Part shown: piece after piece, positions 36,477-50,278 of the stretch
How positions within the stretch are numbered: the first letter of the stretch is position 1
Layout: each line of letters opens with the position of its first letter
Assembly: GCF_044647545.1 (NCBI RefSeq)
Contig: NZ_CP172818.1
Source of the DNA: Escherichia coli
Lineage (GTDB): Bacteria; Pseudomonadota; Gammaproteobacteria; Enterobacterales; Enterobacteriaceae
Length of the DNA: 64,000 nt
Reading direction: 5' to 3' (one strand)
Made by a program: the position numbers and the translations under genes
The notes under the pieces: model-generated
What the model was told of the DNA's origin: nothing
What the model saw: the letters and a program-made list of their open reading frames with translations, nothing else
Database searches by the model: none

Positions 36477-36836
36477 TTATTGTTCGCCTACAAAGCTGAC
36501 AAAGCGCGTTCCTTTATAGCTCAGCGTACCTTTATCGCCCACTGTCAGGGCGTGGTACTGCTGGGCGTCGAGGCGAAACGTCTGCTCCATTCCTCCGCTT
36601 TGCGGTTTGAAGCTTGCCTCATAGCGCATACTGGTGCCTGCCGGAGTCACTTCCTGCTGGCGCGAACGGCGATCGTTAATCGGTTTTTCCCGCTTGTTGC
36701 TCACCACCACCAGCTTTTGCTGGAGCGGTGCCATATCATTATCAGCTTTTTCCCGTCGTTGTTGCATAAAACGAAACGATGCGGCGACGATGATTAAGCC
36801 AATGATAACAATAAAGAAAAGAGGTGGTTTACTCAT
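36477..36836 (-). CDS. yhhM: Uncharacterised protein YhhM (DUF2500)
   Basis: ORF track 119 aa; MSKPPLFFIVIIGLIIVAASFRFMQQRREK N-terminal membrane anchor. Confidence 0.8.
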   Translation of the reverse strand: MSKPPLFFIVIIGLIIVAASFRFMQQRREKADNDMAPLQQKLVVVSNKREKPINDRRSRQQEVTPAGTSMRYEASFKPQSGGMEQTFRLDAQQYHALTVGDKGTLSYKGTRFVSFVGEQ

Positions 36837-36976
36837 CTTTATCCCTCATCGGAAAATGCGGAAATAAGCATACCCTGCCAGTTATGGTGTTGTCATCCGT
36901 CCACCCTCGCCACTAAACTGGAAGCAAGACCGTAGGCATTCCGCTTACGAAAAAATAACGAATTCAAGGAACTAAG

Positions 36977-37603
36977 ATGCTTTGGTCGTTTATCGCTGTC
37001 TGTCTTTCCGCATGGCTATCTGTGGATGCATCGTATCGTGGGCCAACCTGGCAACGCTGGGTGTTTAAACCGTTAACCCTTCTTCTCCTGCTGTTGCTGG
37101 CCTGGCAAGCGCCGATGTTCGACGCCATTAGCTATCTGGTGCTGGCGGGGCTGTGTGCCTCACTGCTGGGCGATGCGCTAACCCTGTTGCCACGTCAACG
37201 TCTGATGTACGCCATCGGCGCGTTTTTCCTCTCGCACCTGCTGTACACCATCTATTTCGCCAGTCAGATGACGCTCTCCTTCTTCTGGCCTCTGCCGTTG
37301 GTGCTGTTGGTTCTGGGCGCGCTGTTACTGGCGATTATCTGGACGCGTCTGGAAGAGTATCGTTGGCCTATCTGCACGTTTATCGGCATGACGCTGGTGA
37401 TGGTGTGGCTGGCAGGTGAACTGTGGTTCTTCCGTCCGACCGCTCCGGCACTCTCTGCGTTTGTCGGCGCTTCGTTACTGTTTATCAGTAACTTTGTCTG
37501 GCTGGGTAGTCACTATCGCCGACGCTTCCGTGCGGACAACGCGATTGCTGCGGCCTGCTACTTTGCTGGTCACTTCCTCATCGTCCGCTCGCTGTATCTC
37601 TGA
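36977..37603 (+). CDS. yhhN: YhhN-family inner membrane protein
   Basis: ORF track 208 aa, multi-pass hydrophobic; [28 protein letters not shown]. Confidence 0.85.
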
Positions 37604-37609
37604 TAAAAC

Positions 37610-37641
37610 TTGACTCTGGAGTCGACTCCAGAGTGTATCCT
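37610..37641 (+). promoter_or_regulatory. zntA promoter with ZntR (MerR-type) operator: -35 TTGACT, 20-bp spacer containing a perfect palindrome, -10 TATCCT
   Basis: Seen directly: ttgactctggagtcgactccagagtgtatcct; palindrome ctctggagtc/gactccagag; the 20-bp spacer is the MerR-family hallmark; 36 bp upstream of the zntA ATG. Confidence 0.85.
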
Positions 37642-37676
37642 TCGGTTAATGAGAAAAAACTTAACCGGAGGATGCC

Positions 37677-39875
37677 ATGTCGACTCCTGACAATCACGGC
37701 AAGAAAGCCCCTCAATTTGCTGCGTTCAAACCGCTAACCACGGTACAGAACGCCAACGACTGTTGCTGCGACGGCGCATGTTCCAGCACGCCAACGCTCT
37801 CTGAAAACGTCTCCGGCACCCGCTATAGCTGGAAAGTCAGCGGCATGGACTGCGCCGCCTGTGCGCGCAAGGTAGAAAATGCCGTGCGCCAGCTTGCAGG
37901 CGTGAATCAGGTGCAGGTGTTGTTCGCCACCGAAAAACTGGTAGTCGATGCCGACAATGACATCCGTGCCCAGGTTGAATCTGCGGTGCAAAAAGCGGGC
38001 TATTCCCTGCGCGATGAACAGGCCGCCGACGAACAACAAGCATCACGCCTGAAAGAGAATCTGCCGCTGATTACGCTAATCGTGATGATGGCAATCAGCT
38101 GGGGTCTGGAGCAGTTCAATCATCCGTTCGGGCAACTGGCGTTTATCGCGACCACGCTGGTTGGGCTGTACCCGATTGCTCGTCAGGCATTACGGCTGAT
38201 CAAATCCGGCAGCTACTTCGCCATTGAAACCTTAATGAGCATAGCCGCTATTGGGGCGCTGTTTATTGGCGCAACGGCTGAAGCTGCGATGGTGTTGCTG
38301 CTGTTTTTGATTGGTGAACGACTGGAAGGCTGGGCCGCCAGCCGCGCGCGTCAGGGCGTTAGCGCGTTAATGGCGCTGAAGCCAGAAACCGCCACGCGTC
38401 TGAGTAACGGTGAGCGTGAAGAGGTGGCGATTAACAGCCTGCGGCCTGGCGATGTGATTGAAGTCGCCGCAGGTGGGCGTTTGCCTGCCGACGGTAAACT
38501 GCTCTCACCGTTTGCCAGTTTTGATGAAAGCGCCCTGACCGGAGAATCCATTCCTGTGGAGCGCGCGACGGGCGATAAAGTTCCTGCAGGAGCCACCAGC
38601 GTAGATCGTCTGGTAACGCTGGAAGTGCTGTCAGAACCGGGTGCCAGCGCCATTGACCGGATTCTGAAACTGATCGAAGAAGCCGAAGAGCGCCGCGCGC
38701 CCATTGAGCGGTTTATCGACCGCTTCAGCCGTATTTATACGCCAGCGATTATGGCCGTCGCCCTGCTGGTAACGCTGGTGCCGCCGCTGCTGTTTGCCGC
38801 CAGCTGGCAAGAGTGGATTTATAAAGGGCTGACGCTGCTGCTGATTGGTTGCCCGTGTGCTTTAGTTATCTCCACGCCCGCGGCGATTACCTCCGGGCTG
38901 GCGGCAGCAGCGCGTCGTGGGGCGTTGATTAAAGGCGGCGCGGCGCTGGAGCAGCTGGGTCGTGTTACCCAGGTGGCGTTTGATAAAACCGGTACGCTGA
39001 CCGTCGGTAAACCGCGCGTTACCGCGATTCATCCGGCAACGGGTATTAGTGAATCTGAACTGCTGACACTGGCGGCGGCGGTCGAGCAAGGCGCGACGCA
39101 TCCACTGGCACAGGCCATTGTGCGCGAAGCACAGATTGCTGAACTCGCCATTCCCACCGCCCAATCACAGCGGGCGCTGGTCGGGTCTGGCATTGAAGCG
39201 CAGGTTAACGGTGAGCGCGTGTTGATATGCGCTGCCGGGAAACATCCCGCTGATGCATTTGCTGGTTTAATTAACGAACTGGAAAGCGCCGGGCAAACGG
39301 TAGTGCTGGTAGTACGTAACGATGACGTGCTGGGTATCATTGCATTGCAGGATACTCTACGCGCCGATGCTGCAACTGCTATCAGTGAACTGAACGCGCT
39401 GGGCGTCAAAGGGGTGATCCTCACCGGCGATAATCCACGCGCAGCGGCGGCAATTGCCGGGGAGTTGGGGCTGGAGTTTAAAGCGGGCCTGTTGCCGGAA
39501 GATAAAGTCAAAGCGGTGACCGAGCTGAATCAACATGCGCCGCTGGCGATGGTCGGTGATGGTATTAACGACGCGCCAGCGATGAAAGCTGCCGCCATCG
39601 GGATTGCAATGGGTAGCGGCACAGACGTGGCGCTGGAAACCGCCGATGCAGCATTAACCCATAACCACCTGCGCGGTCTGGTGCAAATGATTGAACTGGC
39701 ACGCGCCACTCACGCCAATATCCGCCAGAACATCACTATTGCGCTGGGGCTGAAAGGCGTTTTCCTCGTCACGACGCTGTTAGGGATGACCGGACTGTGG
39801 CTGGCGGTGCTGGCAGATACGGGTGCGACGGTGCTGGTGACGGCGAATGCGTTAAGGCTGTTGCGCAGGAAATAA
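37677..39875 (+). CDS. zntA: Zn/Cd/Pb-exporting P1B-type ATPase ZntA
   Basis: ORF track 732 aa; N-terminal GMDCAAC metal-binding motif, CPC in the membrane domain, DKTGTLT phosphorylation motif. Confidence 0.96.
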   Translation: MSTPDNHGKKAPQFAAFKPLTTVQNANDCCCDGACSSTPTLSENVSGTRYSWKVSGMDCAACARKVENAVRQLAGVNQVQVLFATEKLVVDADNDIRAQVESAVQKAGYSLRDEQAADEQQASRLKENLPLITLIVMMAISWGLEQFNHPFGQLAFIATTLVGLYPIARQALRLIKSGSYFAIETLMSIAAIGALFIGATAEAAMVLLLFLIGERLEGWAASRARQGVSALMALKPETATRLSNGEREEVAINSLRPGDVIEVAAGGRLPADGKLLSPFASFDESALTGESIPVERATGDKVPAGATSVDRLVTLEVLSEPGASAIDRILKLIEEAEERRAPIERFIDRFSRIYTPAIMAVALLVTLVPPLLFAASWQEWIYKGLTLLLIGCPCALVISTPAAITSGLAAAARRGALIKGGAALEQLGRVTQVAFDKTGTLTVGKPRVTAIHPATGISESELLTLAAAVEQGATHPLAQAIVREAQIAELAIPTAQSQRALVGSGIEAQVNGERVLICAAGKHPADAFAGLINELESAGQTVVLVVRNDDVLGIIALQDTLRADAATAISELNALGVKGVILTGDNPRAAAAIAGELGLEFKAGLLPEDKVKAVTELNQHAPLAMVGDGINDAPAMKAAAIGIAMGSGTDVALETADAALTHNHLRGLVQMIELARATHANIRQNITIALGLKGVFLVTTLLGMTGLWLAVLADTGATVLVTANALRLLRRK

Positions 39876-39881
39876 GGCAAA

Positions 39882-39907
39882 CCGATCGCAACATTGAGCG
39901 CGATCGG
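39882..39907. terminator. 8-bp-stem hairpin between convergent zntA and tusA; possible bidirectional terminator
   Basis: ccgatcgc-N10-gcgatcgg inverted repeat just after the zntA stop; followed by UUUGCC on the minus strand; U tracts weak. Confidence 0.4.
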
Positions 39908-39976
39908 TCCCCTCGCTCCTCTGGGGAGAGGGTTAGGGTGAGGGGAAAAGGCGGCATCGAAGCCAATCTTCCCCCA

Positions 39977-40222
39977 TCAACCGCCTTTACGAATCAAATA
40001 ACGATAAGGCAGTCCATCCGTCTCTTTCGCAACCAGTTCGTGTTCCATAAAGGTACAAAACCCAGGAATATCGCGGGTCGTCGCCGGATCGTCAGCAATA
40101 ATCAGCAACGTTTCACCTGGCTGCATATTGCGCACTGTTTTGCGCACCATCATTACTGGTTCCGGGCAGCGCAGGCCAAGTGCGTCGAGTGTGTGGTCAG
40201 GGCTGGAAAAGAGATCGGTCAT
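39977..40222 (-). CDS. tusA: Sulfur carrier protein TusA
   Basis: ORF track 81 aa; [28 protein letters not shown] with the CPxP active-site motif. Confidence 0.93.
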
Positions 40223-40442
40223 TTTCTTCTCATCACATAAAAAAACGGCGCTAGTTTACGCCCTGTGAGTCCGTAAGCAAACCAGGTTAACGATTGCGTG
40301 AAAATTAACCATTGCATTGTTAACGTAAAGCAGTATCATGCGGCGGCTCGAAAAAAGGGTCAGCACGTTATTATGTTAAGGTAACAGACGTGTCGTACGT
40401 ATTGGGTTCCCTCACCCCAATGGTTAATCAAAAAGGTACAAT

Positions 40443-41108
40443 ATGAACGTTTTCTCGCAAACTCAACGCTATAAGGCGTTGTTCTGGTTATCGTTATTTC
40501 ATCTTCTGGTGATCACCTCCAGTAACTATCTGGTTCAGCTTCCCGTATCCATTTTTGGTTTCCATACCACCTGGGGCGCGTTTAGCTTTCCGTTTATTTT
40601 CCTTGCTACCGACCTGACTGTGCGTATTTTTGGCGCACCGCTGGCCCGTCGTATCATCTTTGCGGTGATGATCCCGGCGTTACTGATCTCCTACGTCATC
40701 TCGTCGCTGTTCTATATGGGTTCCTGGCAGGGATTCGGCGCGCTCGCCCACTTCAACCTGTTTGTCGCCCGTATCGCCACCGCCAGTTTCATGGCCTACG
40801 CGCTGGGGCAAATCCTCGACGTGCACGTTTTTAACCGCCTGCGTCAGAGTCGTCGCTGGTGGCTGGCACCGACGGCTTCCACCCTGTTTGGTAACGTCAG
40901 CGACACGCTGGCCTTCTTCTTCATTGCCTTCTGGCGTAGCCCGGATGCCTTTATGGCTGAACACTGGATGGAAATCGCGCTGGTCGATTACTGTTTCAAA
41001 GTGTTAATCAGTATCGTTTTCTTCCTGCCAATGTATGGCGTATTACTCAATATGCTGTTGAAAAGACTGGCAGATAAATCCGAAATCAACGCTTTGCAGG
41101 CGAGTTAA
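40443..41108 (+). CDS. yhhQ: Queuosine-precursor transporter YhhQ
   Basis: ORF track 221 aa, polytopic; MNVFSQTQRYKALFWLSLFHLLVITSSNYLVQLP. Confidence 0.88.
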   Translation: MNVFSQTQRYKALFWLSLFHLLVITSSNYLVQLPVSIFGFHTTWGAFSFPFIFLATDLTVRIFGAPLARRIIFAVMIPALLISYVISSLFYMGSWQGFGALAHFNLFVARIATASFMAYALGQILDVHVFNRLRQSRRWWLAPTASTLFGNVSDTLAFFFIAFWRSPDAFMAEHWMEIALVDYCFKVLISIVFFLPMYGVLLNMLLKRLADKSEINALQAS

Positions 41109-41180
41109 AGGTTCGTTATCAGAGTTGTGATAAGATGGATGAATGAGCCGTTATGGCCGTTTATCGAAAGGAAGAAGTCA

Positions 41181-41738
41181 ATGCGCAATCTGGTTAAATA
41201 TGTCGGAATTGGCCTGCTGGTTATGGGGCTTGCGGCCTGTGATGATAAAGACACTAACGCTACGGCGCAGGGTTCAGTCGCGGAAAGTAACGCTACCGGG
41301 AATCCCGTCAACCTGCTTGATGGCAAGTTAAGTTTCTCGCTGCCAGCGGATATGACCGACCAGAGCGGTAAGCTGGGAACGCAGGCTAATAACATGCATG
41401 TCTGGTCCGACGCCACCGGGCAAAAAGCAGTCATCGTCATCATGGGCGATGATCCGAAAGAAGATCTGGCGGTGCTGGCGAAGCGCCTGGAAGATCAGCA
41501 ACGTAGCCGCGATCCGCAGCTGCAAGTGGTAACCAATAAAGCCATTGAGCTGAAAGGTCACAAAATGCAGCAGTTAGACAGCATTATCTCCGCGAAAGGC
41601 CAGACGGCGTACTCTTCCGTTATTCTGGGTAACGTGGGTAATCAACTGCTAACCATGCAAATTACGCTGCCCGCTGACGATCAGCAAAAAGCACAGACCA
41701 CCGCAGAAAACATCATTAATACGCTGGTTATTCAGTAA
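41181..41738 (+). CDS. dcrB: Periplasmic lipoprotein DcrB
   Basis: ORF track 41127..41738; start placed at [20 protein letters not shown] (lipobox LAAC), 185 aa. Confidence 0.88.
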
Positions 41739-41741
41739 GTT

Positions 41742-42959
41742 TTAAGATGATGAGATGGCCTCAGGTACTTCCACCGGAGGCCGTTTTTTTAATCGCCACG
41801 TCAGTAATAACGCGATTGCGACCAGTCCCGCCGCCGCCAGATAAATCACCGGGACGCCCGCCCAACTCATCACCAGCCCAGCCAGTGGTCCGGTCACGCC
41901 AAGCGATAAATCCATAAATACGGTGTAAGTTGCCAGCGCCGCCCCCTGATTTTGCTGCGGAACCGCTTTTACCGCCACTACGCCCAATGCCGGGAACACC
42001 AGCGAAAACCCCGCCCCCGCGAGTAAGACGCCGATTTTCGCCATCCACGGCATAGTCGCCACGCCAACCAGTAGCAGGCCGATTATCTCAACGCTAAAGC
42101 AAATCATCGCCACGTTTAAGCCGCCGATACGGTTAATGCCGTTAGGAAATAACAAACGCGTACCGACAAACGCACAGCTAAACAGCGTCAGCGCGAAAGC
42201 CGCACCGTCCCAACCTTTAGCGTCATAAAACAGCGTGATAAAGGTGGCGATAACGCCAAATCCGGCGGAAGCCAGTGCCAGCGCCATACCGTACAGCCAG
42301 ACGCGCCCAAGCACCGCGCGAAACGGCAGCGGTTTGCCTTTACTGGCTTTTACCGTCGGACGCGGGATCGCCAACAAAATGGCCACCAGCGCCACGCCCA
42401 TAATGATTAACGCTAACGCCTGCAAGCCGCCCCAGTGATAAAACACGACACCTAACGGCGCACCCATCGCCATCGCCCCGTAAGTGACAATGCCGTTCCA
42501 CGAAATCACCCGCCCGATATGCAGCGAACCAACCACGCCAACGCCCCATAGGGTCGATCCCGTTCCGGCAAAACTTTGCCCAATCCCAAGGATCACGCGC
42601 CCCAGGCACAGTAATAACAGGCTGATGACGGGCAGACTGGCGGTTAATCCTGCCGTCAGATACCCCAAACCGCTCAAAAAGCAGCCGCATAAACCGAAGA
42701 CGACAATCTTTTTGGGTCCCAGCAAATCGGCGTAACGTCCGGCATGAGGGCGGCTCAGCAAGGTGGCGAAATATTGCAGGCTGATAACCAATCCTGCCCA
42801 GAAAGCGCTAAAGCCCATCACATCATGGACATAGCCCGGTAATACAGCGAGCGGCAACCCGATGGTGAGGTAGCTGGCGAAGTTAAACATGACAATGGAG
42901 ACAATGCGCAAATTCAGGCGCAATCCGTTTAGCGCGGGTTCGGCTACGGGTTCGGGCAT
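41742..42959 (-). CDS. yhhS: MFS transporter YhhS
   Basis: ORF track 41742..43001; start placed at MPEPVAEPALNGLRLNLRIVSIVMF (405 aa); 12-TMS MFS-like hydropathy. Confidence 0.85.
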   Translation of the reverse strand: MPEPVAEPALNGLRLNLRIVSIVMFNFASYLTIGLPLAVLPGYVHDVMGFSAFWAGLVISLQYFATLLSRPHAGRYADLLGPKKIVVFGLCGCFLSGLGYLTAGLTASLPVISLLLLCLGRVILGIGQSFAGTGSTLWGVGVVGSLHIGRVISWNGIVTYGAMAMGAPLGVVFYHWGGLQALALIIMGVALVAILLAIPRPTVKASKGKPLPFRAVLGRVWLYGMALALASAGFGVIATFITLFYDAKGWDGAAFALTLFSCAFVGTRLLFPNGINRIGGLNVAMICFSVEIIGLLLVGVATMPWMAKIGVLLAGAGFSLVFPALGVVAVKAVPQQNQGAALATYTVFMDLSLGVTGPLAGLVMSWAGVPVIYLAAAGLVAIALLLTWRLKKRPPVEVPEAISSS

Positions 42960-43090
42960 GAGGATCACCACATTTTTACAACAGTGTTTCATTTTTACCA
43001 CGTGCTGACGTGAAAATCAGCAGTAAGAATCAGAATATTGCTGGCGTGACTCCCGCTACACTTAATACAAAAAGTCACAAGGAAGCCCCA

Positions 43091-44140
43091 ATGGAAACCC
43101 CTCAACCCGATAAAACGGGCATGCACATTCTGCTCAAGCTGGCCTCGCTGGTGGTGATCCTCGCGGGAATTCACGCAGCGGCAGATATCATTGTGCAGCT
43201 GTTACTGGCGCTGTTTTTTGCCATCGTCCTCAACCCGCTCGTCACCTGGTTTATTCGTCGGGGAGTACAACGCCCCGTTGCCATTACGATTGTGGTGGTG
43301 GTGATGCTGATCGCACTAACCGCGCTGGTCGGCGTACTGGCGGCATCGTTTAACGAATTTATCTCTATGCTGCCGAAGTTTAATAAGGAGCTGACGCGCA
43401 AACTTTTTAAATTGCAGGAGATGTTGCCTTTTCTTAATTTGCATATGTCGCCGGAGCGAATACTGCAGCGGATGGACTCGGAAAAAATGGTTACCTTCAC
43501 CACGGCGCTAATGACCGGGCTTTCCGGGGCAATGGCGAGCGTGCTTTTGCTGGTGATGACCGTAGTTTTCATGCTGTTTGAAGTGCGCCACGTCCCTTAC
43601 AAAATGCGTTTTGCGTTGAATAATCCACAGATTCACATCGCCGGACTACACCGCGCCTTAAAAGGTGTTTCGCACTATCTTGCATTGAAGACACTGCTAA
43701 GTTTATGGACAGGCGTAATCGTCTGGCTGGGGCTGGCGCTAATGGGCGTACAGTTTGCGCTGATGTGGGCAGTACTGGCGTTTTTGCTCAACTACGTGCC
43801 CAATATCGGCGCGGTAATTTCCGCCGTACCGCCAATGATTCAGGTGCTGCTGTTTAATGGCGTTTACGAATGTATTCTGGTCGGCGCATTGTTTTTAGTG
43901 GTCCATATGGTCATCGGCAATATTTTAGAACCACGGATGATGGGCCATCGCCTGGGGATGTCCACCATGGTGGTATTTCTTTCATTGTTAATTTGGGGAT
44001 GGCTGCTCGGCCCGGTAGGGATGCTACTTTCGGTACCATTAACCAGCGTGTGTAAAATCTGGATGGAAACCACCAAAGGCGGTAGCAAACTGGCGATTTT
44101 ACTGGGACCGGGCAGACCGAAAAGTCGATTACCGGGATGA
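43091..44140 (+). CDS. yhhT: AI-2E/PerM-family inner membrane protein YhhT
   Basis: ORF track 43010..44140; start placed at METPQPDKTGMHILLKLASLVVIL (349 aa). Confidence 0.85.
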   Translation: METPQPDKTGMHILLKLASLVVILAGIHAAADIIVQLLLALFFAIVLNPLVTWFIRRGVQRPVAITIVVVVMLIALTALVGVLAASFNEFISMLPKFNKELTRKLFKLQEMLPFLNLHMSPERILQRMDSEKMVTFTTALMTGLSGAMASVLLLVMTVVFMLFEVRHVPYKMRFALNNPQIHIAGLHRALKGVSHYLALKTLLSLWTGVIVWLGLALMGVQFALMWAVLAFLLNYVPNIGAVISAVPPMIQVLLFNGVYECILVGALFLVVHMVIGNILEPRMMGHRLGMSTMVVFLSLLIWGWLLGPVGMLLSVPLTSVCKIWMETTKGGSKLAILLGPGRPKSRLPG

Positions 44141-44194
44141 GGCGACAAGTGTTACGATACGCACTTTCATTTTCCATTAAACGTTGGCCCTGAT

Positions 44195-44782
44195 ATGTAT
44201 CGGATAGTTCTGGGGAAAGTTTCGACCTTAAGCGCAGCTCCTCTGCCACCGGGTTTACGCGAGCAAGCACCGCAAGGTCCACGACGCGAACGCTGGCTGG
44301 CGGGGCGTGCATTGCTTTCGCACACGCTTTCCCCGCTACCGGAGATCATCTATGGCGAACAAGGCAAACCTGCATTCGCGCCGGAAACGCCGCTATGGTT
44401 CAACTTAAGCCATAGCGGTGACGATATCGCCCTGCTGTTGAGCGATGAAGGCGAAGTCGGCTGCGATATCGAAGTGATTCGCCCGCGCGCCAACTGGCGC
44501 TGGCTGGCGAACGCCGTATTCAGCCTTGGGGAACATGCCGAGATGGACGCCGTGCATCCTGATCAGCAACTGGAAATGTTCTGGCGCATCTGGACGCGCA
44601 AAGAAGCCATCGTTAAACAGCGTGGCGGCAGCGCCTGGCAAATCGTCAGCGTAGACAGCACCTATAACTCCTCGCTGTCAGTCAGCCATTGTCAGCTAGA
44701 AAATTTAAGCCTGGCGATCTGCACCCCTACCCCCTTTACGCTCACCGCCGACAGTGTGCAATGGATCGATTCAGTTAACTGA
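44195..44782 (+). CDS. acpT: 4-prime-phosphopantetheinyl transferase AcpT
   Basis: ORF track 195 aa; MYRIVLGKVSTLSAAPLPPGLREQAP; WTRKEA motif of the Sfp-type PPTase family. Confidence 0.88.
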   Translation: MYRIVLGKVSTLSAAPLPPGLREQAPQGPRRERWLAGRALLSHTLSPLPEIIYGEQGKPAFAPETPLWFNLSHSGDDIALLLSDEGEVGCDIEVIRPRANWRWLANAVFSLGEHAEMDAVHPDQQLEMFWRIWTRKEAIVKQRGGSAWQIVSVDSTYNSSLSVSHCQLENLSLAICTPTPFTLTADSVQWIDSVN

Positions 44783-44827
44783 TCCGCCCACCCGACTGCC
44801 CATCTATTGATCCAGAACAGGTAATCA

Positions 44828-44855
44828 GTATGACGAATACTTAAAATCGTCATAC
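44828..44855 (+). promoter_or_regulatory. NikR operator in the nikA promoter
   Basis: Seen directly: GTATGA-N16-TCATAC dyad, the canonical NikR operator, about 40 bp upstream of the nikA start; a possible FNR half-site TTGATCCAG lies just upstream. Confidence 0.85.
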
Positions 44856-44892
44856 TTATTTCCGCCATCTATTTTAATCCATTGGGGTTACC

Positions 44893-46467
44893 ATGTTCTC
44901 TACACTCCGCCGCACTCTATTTGCGCTGCTGGCTTGTGCGTCTTTTATCGTCCATGCCGCTGCACCAGATGAAATCACCACCGCCTGGCCGGTGAATGTC
45001 GGGCCACTAAACCCGCACCTTTACACGCCTAACCAAATGTTCGCCCAGAGCATGGTTTATGAACCACTGGTGAAATATCAGGCAGACGGTTCGGTGATCC
45101 CGTGGCTGGCAAAAAGCTGGACCCATTCAGAAGATGGCAAAACCTGGACCTTCACCCTGCGTGATGATGTGAAATTCTCTAACGGTGAACCGTTTGATGC
45201 AGAGGCCGCGGCAGAAAACTTCCGCGCTGTGCTCGACAACCGTCAACGTCACGCCTGGCTGGAGCTGGCAAACCAGATTGTTGATGTCAAAGCTCTCAGT
45301 AAAACCGAGCTGCAAATCACCCTGAAAAGCGCCTACTACCCTTTCCTGCAAGAACTGGCCCTGCCCCGTCCTTTCCGCTTTATCGCCCCCTCGCAGTTTA
45401 AAAACCATGAAACCATGAATGGGATTAAAGCGCCGATTGGCACCGGGCCGTGGGTTTTGCAGGAATCGAAACTGAATCAGTACGATGTCTTCGTCCGTAA
45501 CGAAAACTACTGGGGCGAAAAGCCGGCGATTAAGAAGATCACTTTTAACGTCATCCCAGACCCGACTACCCGCGCAGTAGCGTTTGAAACCGGCGATATC
45601 GATCTACTATACGGTAATGAAGGGCTATTACCGCTCGATACCTTCGCCCGCTTTAGCCAGAACTCGGCTTACCACACCCAACTGTCACAGCCGATCGAAA
45701 CCGTGATGCTGGCGCTCAATACTGCCAAAGCCCCCACCAACGAGCTGGCAGTCCGTGAAGCTCTTAATTACGCGGTAAACAAAAAATCGCTGATCGATAA
45801 CGCGTTGTATGGCACCCAGCAGGTCGCCGACACCCTGTTTGCCCCTTCCGTGCCCTATGCCAATCTCGGCCTGAAACCGCGCCAGTACGATCCGCAGAAA
45901 GCAAAAGCGTTGCTGGAACAAGCAGGCTGGACGCTGCCCGCAGGCAAAGACATCCGCGAGAAAAATGGTCAGCCGCTGCGCATTGAACTGTCGTTCATCG
46001 GCACCGATGCGTTAAGCAAATCAATGGCCGAAATCATTCAGGCTGATATGCGCCAGATTGGCGCGGATGTCACGCTGATCGGCGAAGAAGAGAGCAGTAT
46101 CTATGCTCGTCAGCGCGACGGTCGTTTTGGCATGATTTTCCACCGTACCTGGGGCGCGCCATACGATCCACACGCCTTCCTGAGTTCAATGCGCGTACCG
46201 TCGCACGCTGACTTCCAGGCACAGCAAGGTTTAGCCGACAAGCCACTGATTGATAAAGAGATTGGCGAAGTGCTGGCGACACACGACGAAACACAACGTC
46301 AGGCACTGTATCGCGACATTCTGACCCGTCTGCATAACGAGGCGGTTTATCTGCCCATCAGCTATATCTCAATGATGGTGGTTTCAAAACCGGAACTGGG
46401 TAACATCCCCTACGCGCCGATCGCCACCGAAATCCCGTTCGAACAGATTAAACCGGTGAAACCTTAA
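44893..46467 (+). CDS. nikA: Nickel ABC transporter periplasmic binding protein NikA
   Basis: ORF track 524 aa; signal peptide [27 protein letters not shown]. Confidence 0.95.
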   Translation: MFSTLRRTLFALLACASFIVHAAAPDEITTAWPVNVGPLNPHLYTPNQMFAQSMVYEPLVKYQADGSVIPWLAKSWTHSEDGKTWTFTLRDDVKFSNGEPFDAEAAAENFRAVLDNRQRHAWLELANQIVDVKALSKTELQITLKSAYYPFLQELALPRPFRFIAPSQFKNHETMNGIKAPIGTGPWVLQESKLNQYDVFVRNENYWGEKPAIKKITFNVIPDPTTRAVAFETGDIDLLYGNEGLLPLDTFARFSQNSAYHTQLSQPIETVMLALNTAKAPTNELAVREALNYAVNKKSLIDNALYGTQQVADTLFAPSVPYANLGLKPRQYDPQKAKALLEQAGWTLPAGKDIREKNGQPLRIELSFIGTDALSKSMAEIIQADMRQIGADVTLIGEEESSIYARQRDGRFGMIFHRTWGAPYDPHAFLSSMRVPSHADFQAQQGLADKPLIDKEIGEVLATHDETQRQALYRDILTRLHNEAVYLPISYISMMVVSKPELGNIPYAPIATEIPFEQIKPVKP

Positions 46468-47407
46468 TGTTGCGTTATGTATTACGCCGCTTTCTGCTGC
46501 TGATCCCGATGGTGCTCGCCGCCTCGGTGATCATTTTTCTGATGCTGCGCCTCGGCACCGGCGACCCGGCGCTCGATTATCTGCGTCTGTCTAACCTGCC
46601 GCCGACGCCGGAAATGCTGGCTTCTACCCGCACCATGCTGGGGCTGGATCAGCCGTTGTACGTGCAGTACGGAACCTGGTTGTGGAAAGCGCTGCATCTT
46701 GACTTTGGTATCTCATTCGCCAGCCAACGCCCGGTGCTGGACGATATGCTGACCTTCCTGCCCGCCACGCTGGAGCTGGCGGGTGCGGCGCTGGTATTAA
46801 TTCTGCTCACTTCCGTGCCGCTCGGCATCTGGGCGGCGCGCCATCGCGACCGCCTGCCGGATTTCGCCGTGCGTTTTATCGCGTTTCTTGGCGTGTCGAT
46901 GCCTAACTTCTGGTTGGCGTTTTTACTGGTGATGGCATTTTCAGTGTATCTGCAATGGCTGCCCGCGATGGGTTACGGCGGCTGGCAGCACATCATTTTG
47001 CCTGCGGTTTCCATCGCTTTTATGTCGCTGGCGATTAACGCGCGTCTGCTGCGCGCCAGTATGCTGGACGTCGCCGGTCAGCGTCATGTGACCTGGGCGC
47101 GACTGCGCGGCCTGAACGACAAACAGACCGAACGCCGCCACATCCTGCGCAATGCCTCGCTGCCGATGATCACCGCCGTGGGGATGCACATTGGCGAACT
47201 GATTGGCGGGACGATGATTATCGAAAACATCTTTGCCTGGCCGGGCGTCGGGCGCTATGCGGTGTCGGCGATTTTTAACCGTGACTATCCAGTGATCCAA
47301 TGCTTTACGCTGATGATGGTGGTGGTTTTTGTGGTCTGTAATTTGATTGTCGATTTGCTCAACGCCGCGCTGGACCCGCGTATTCGTCGTCATGAAGGAG
47401 CGCACGC

Positions 47408-47411
<4 letters not shown>
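46467..47411 (+). CDS. nikB: Nickel ABC transporter permease NikB
   Basis: ORF track 314 aa; [24 protein letters not shown]. Confidence 0.95.
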
Positions 47412-50235
<2,824 letters not shown>

Positions 50236-50278
50236 CTATTAAAATTAAGTTCGTACGTCTGTAAAAAAGGATTTTACG

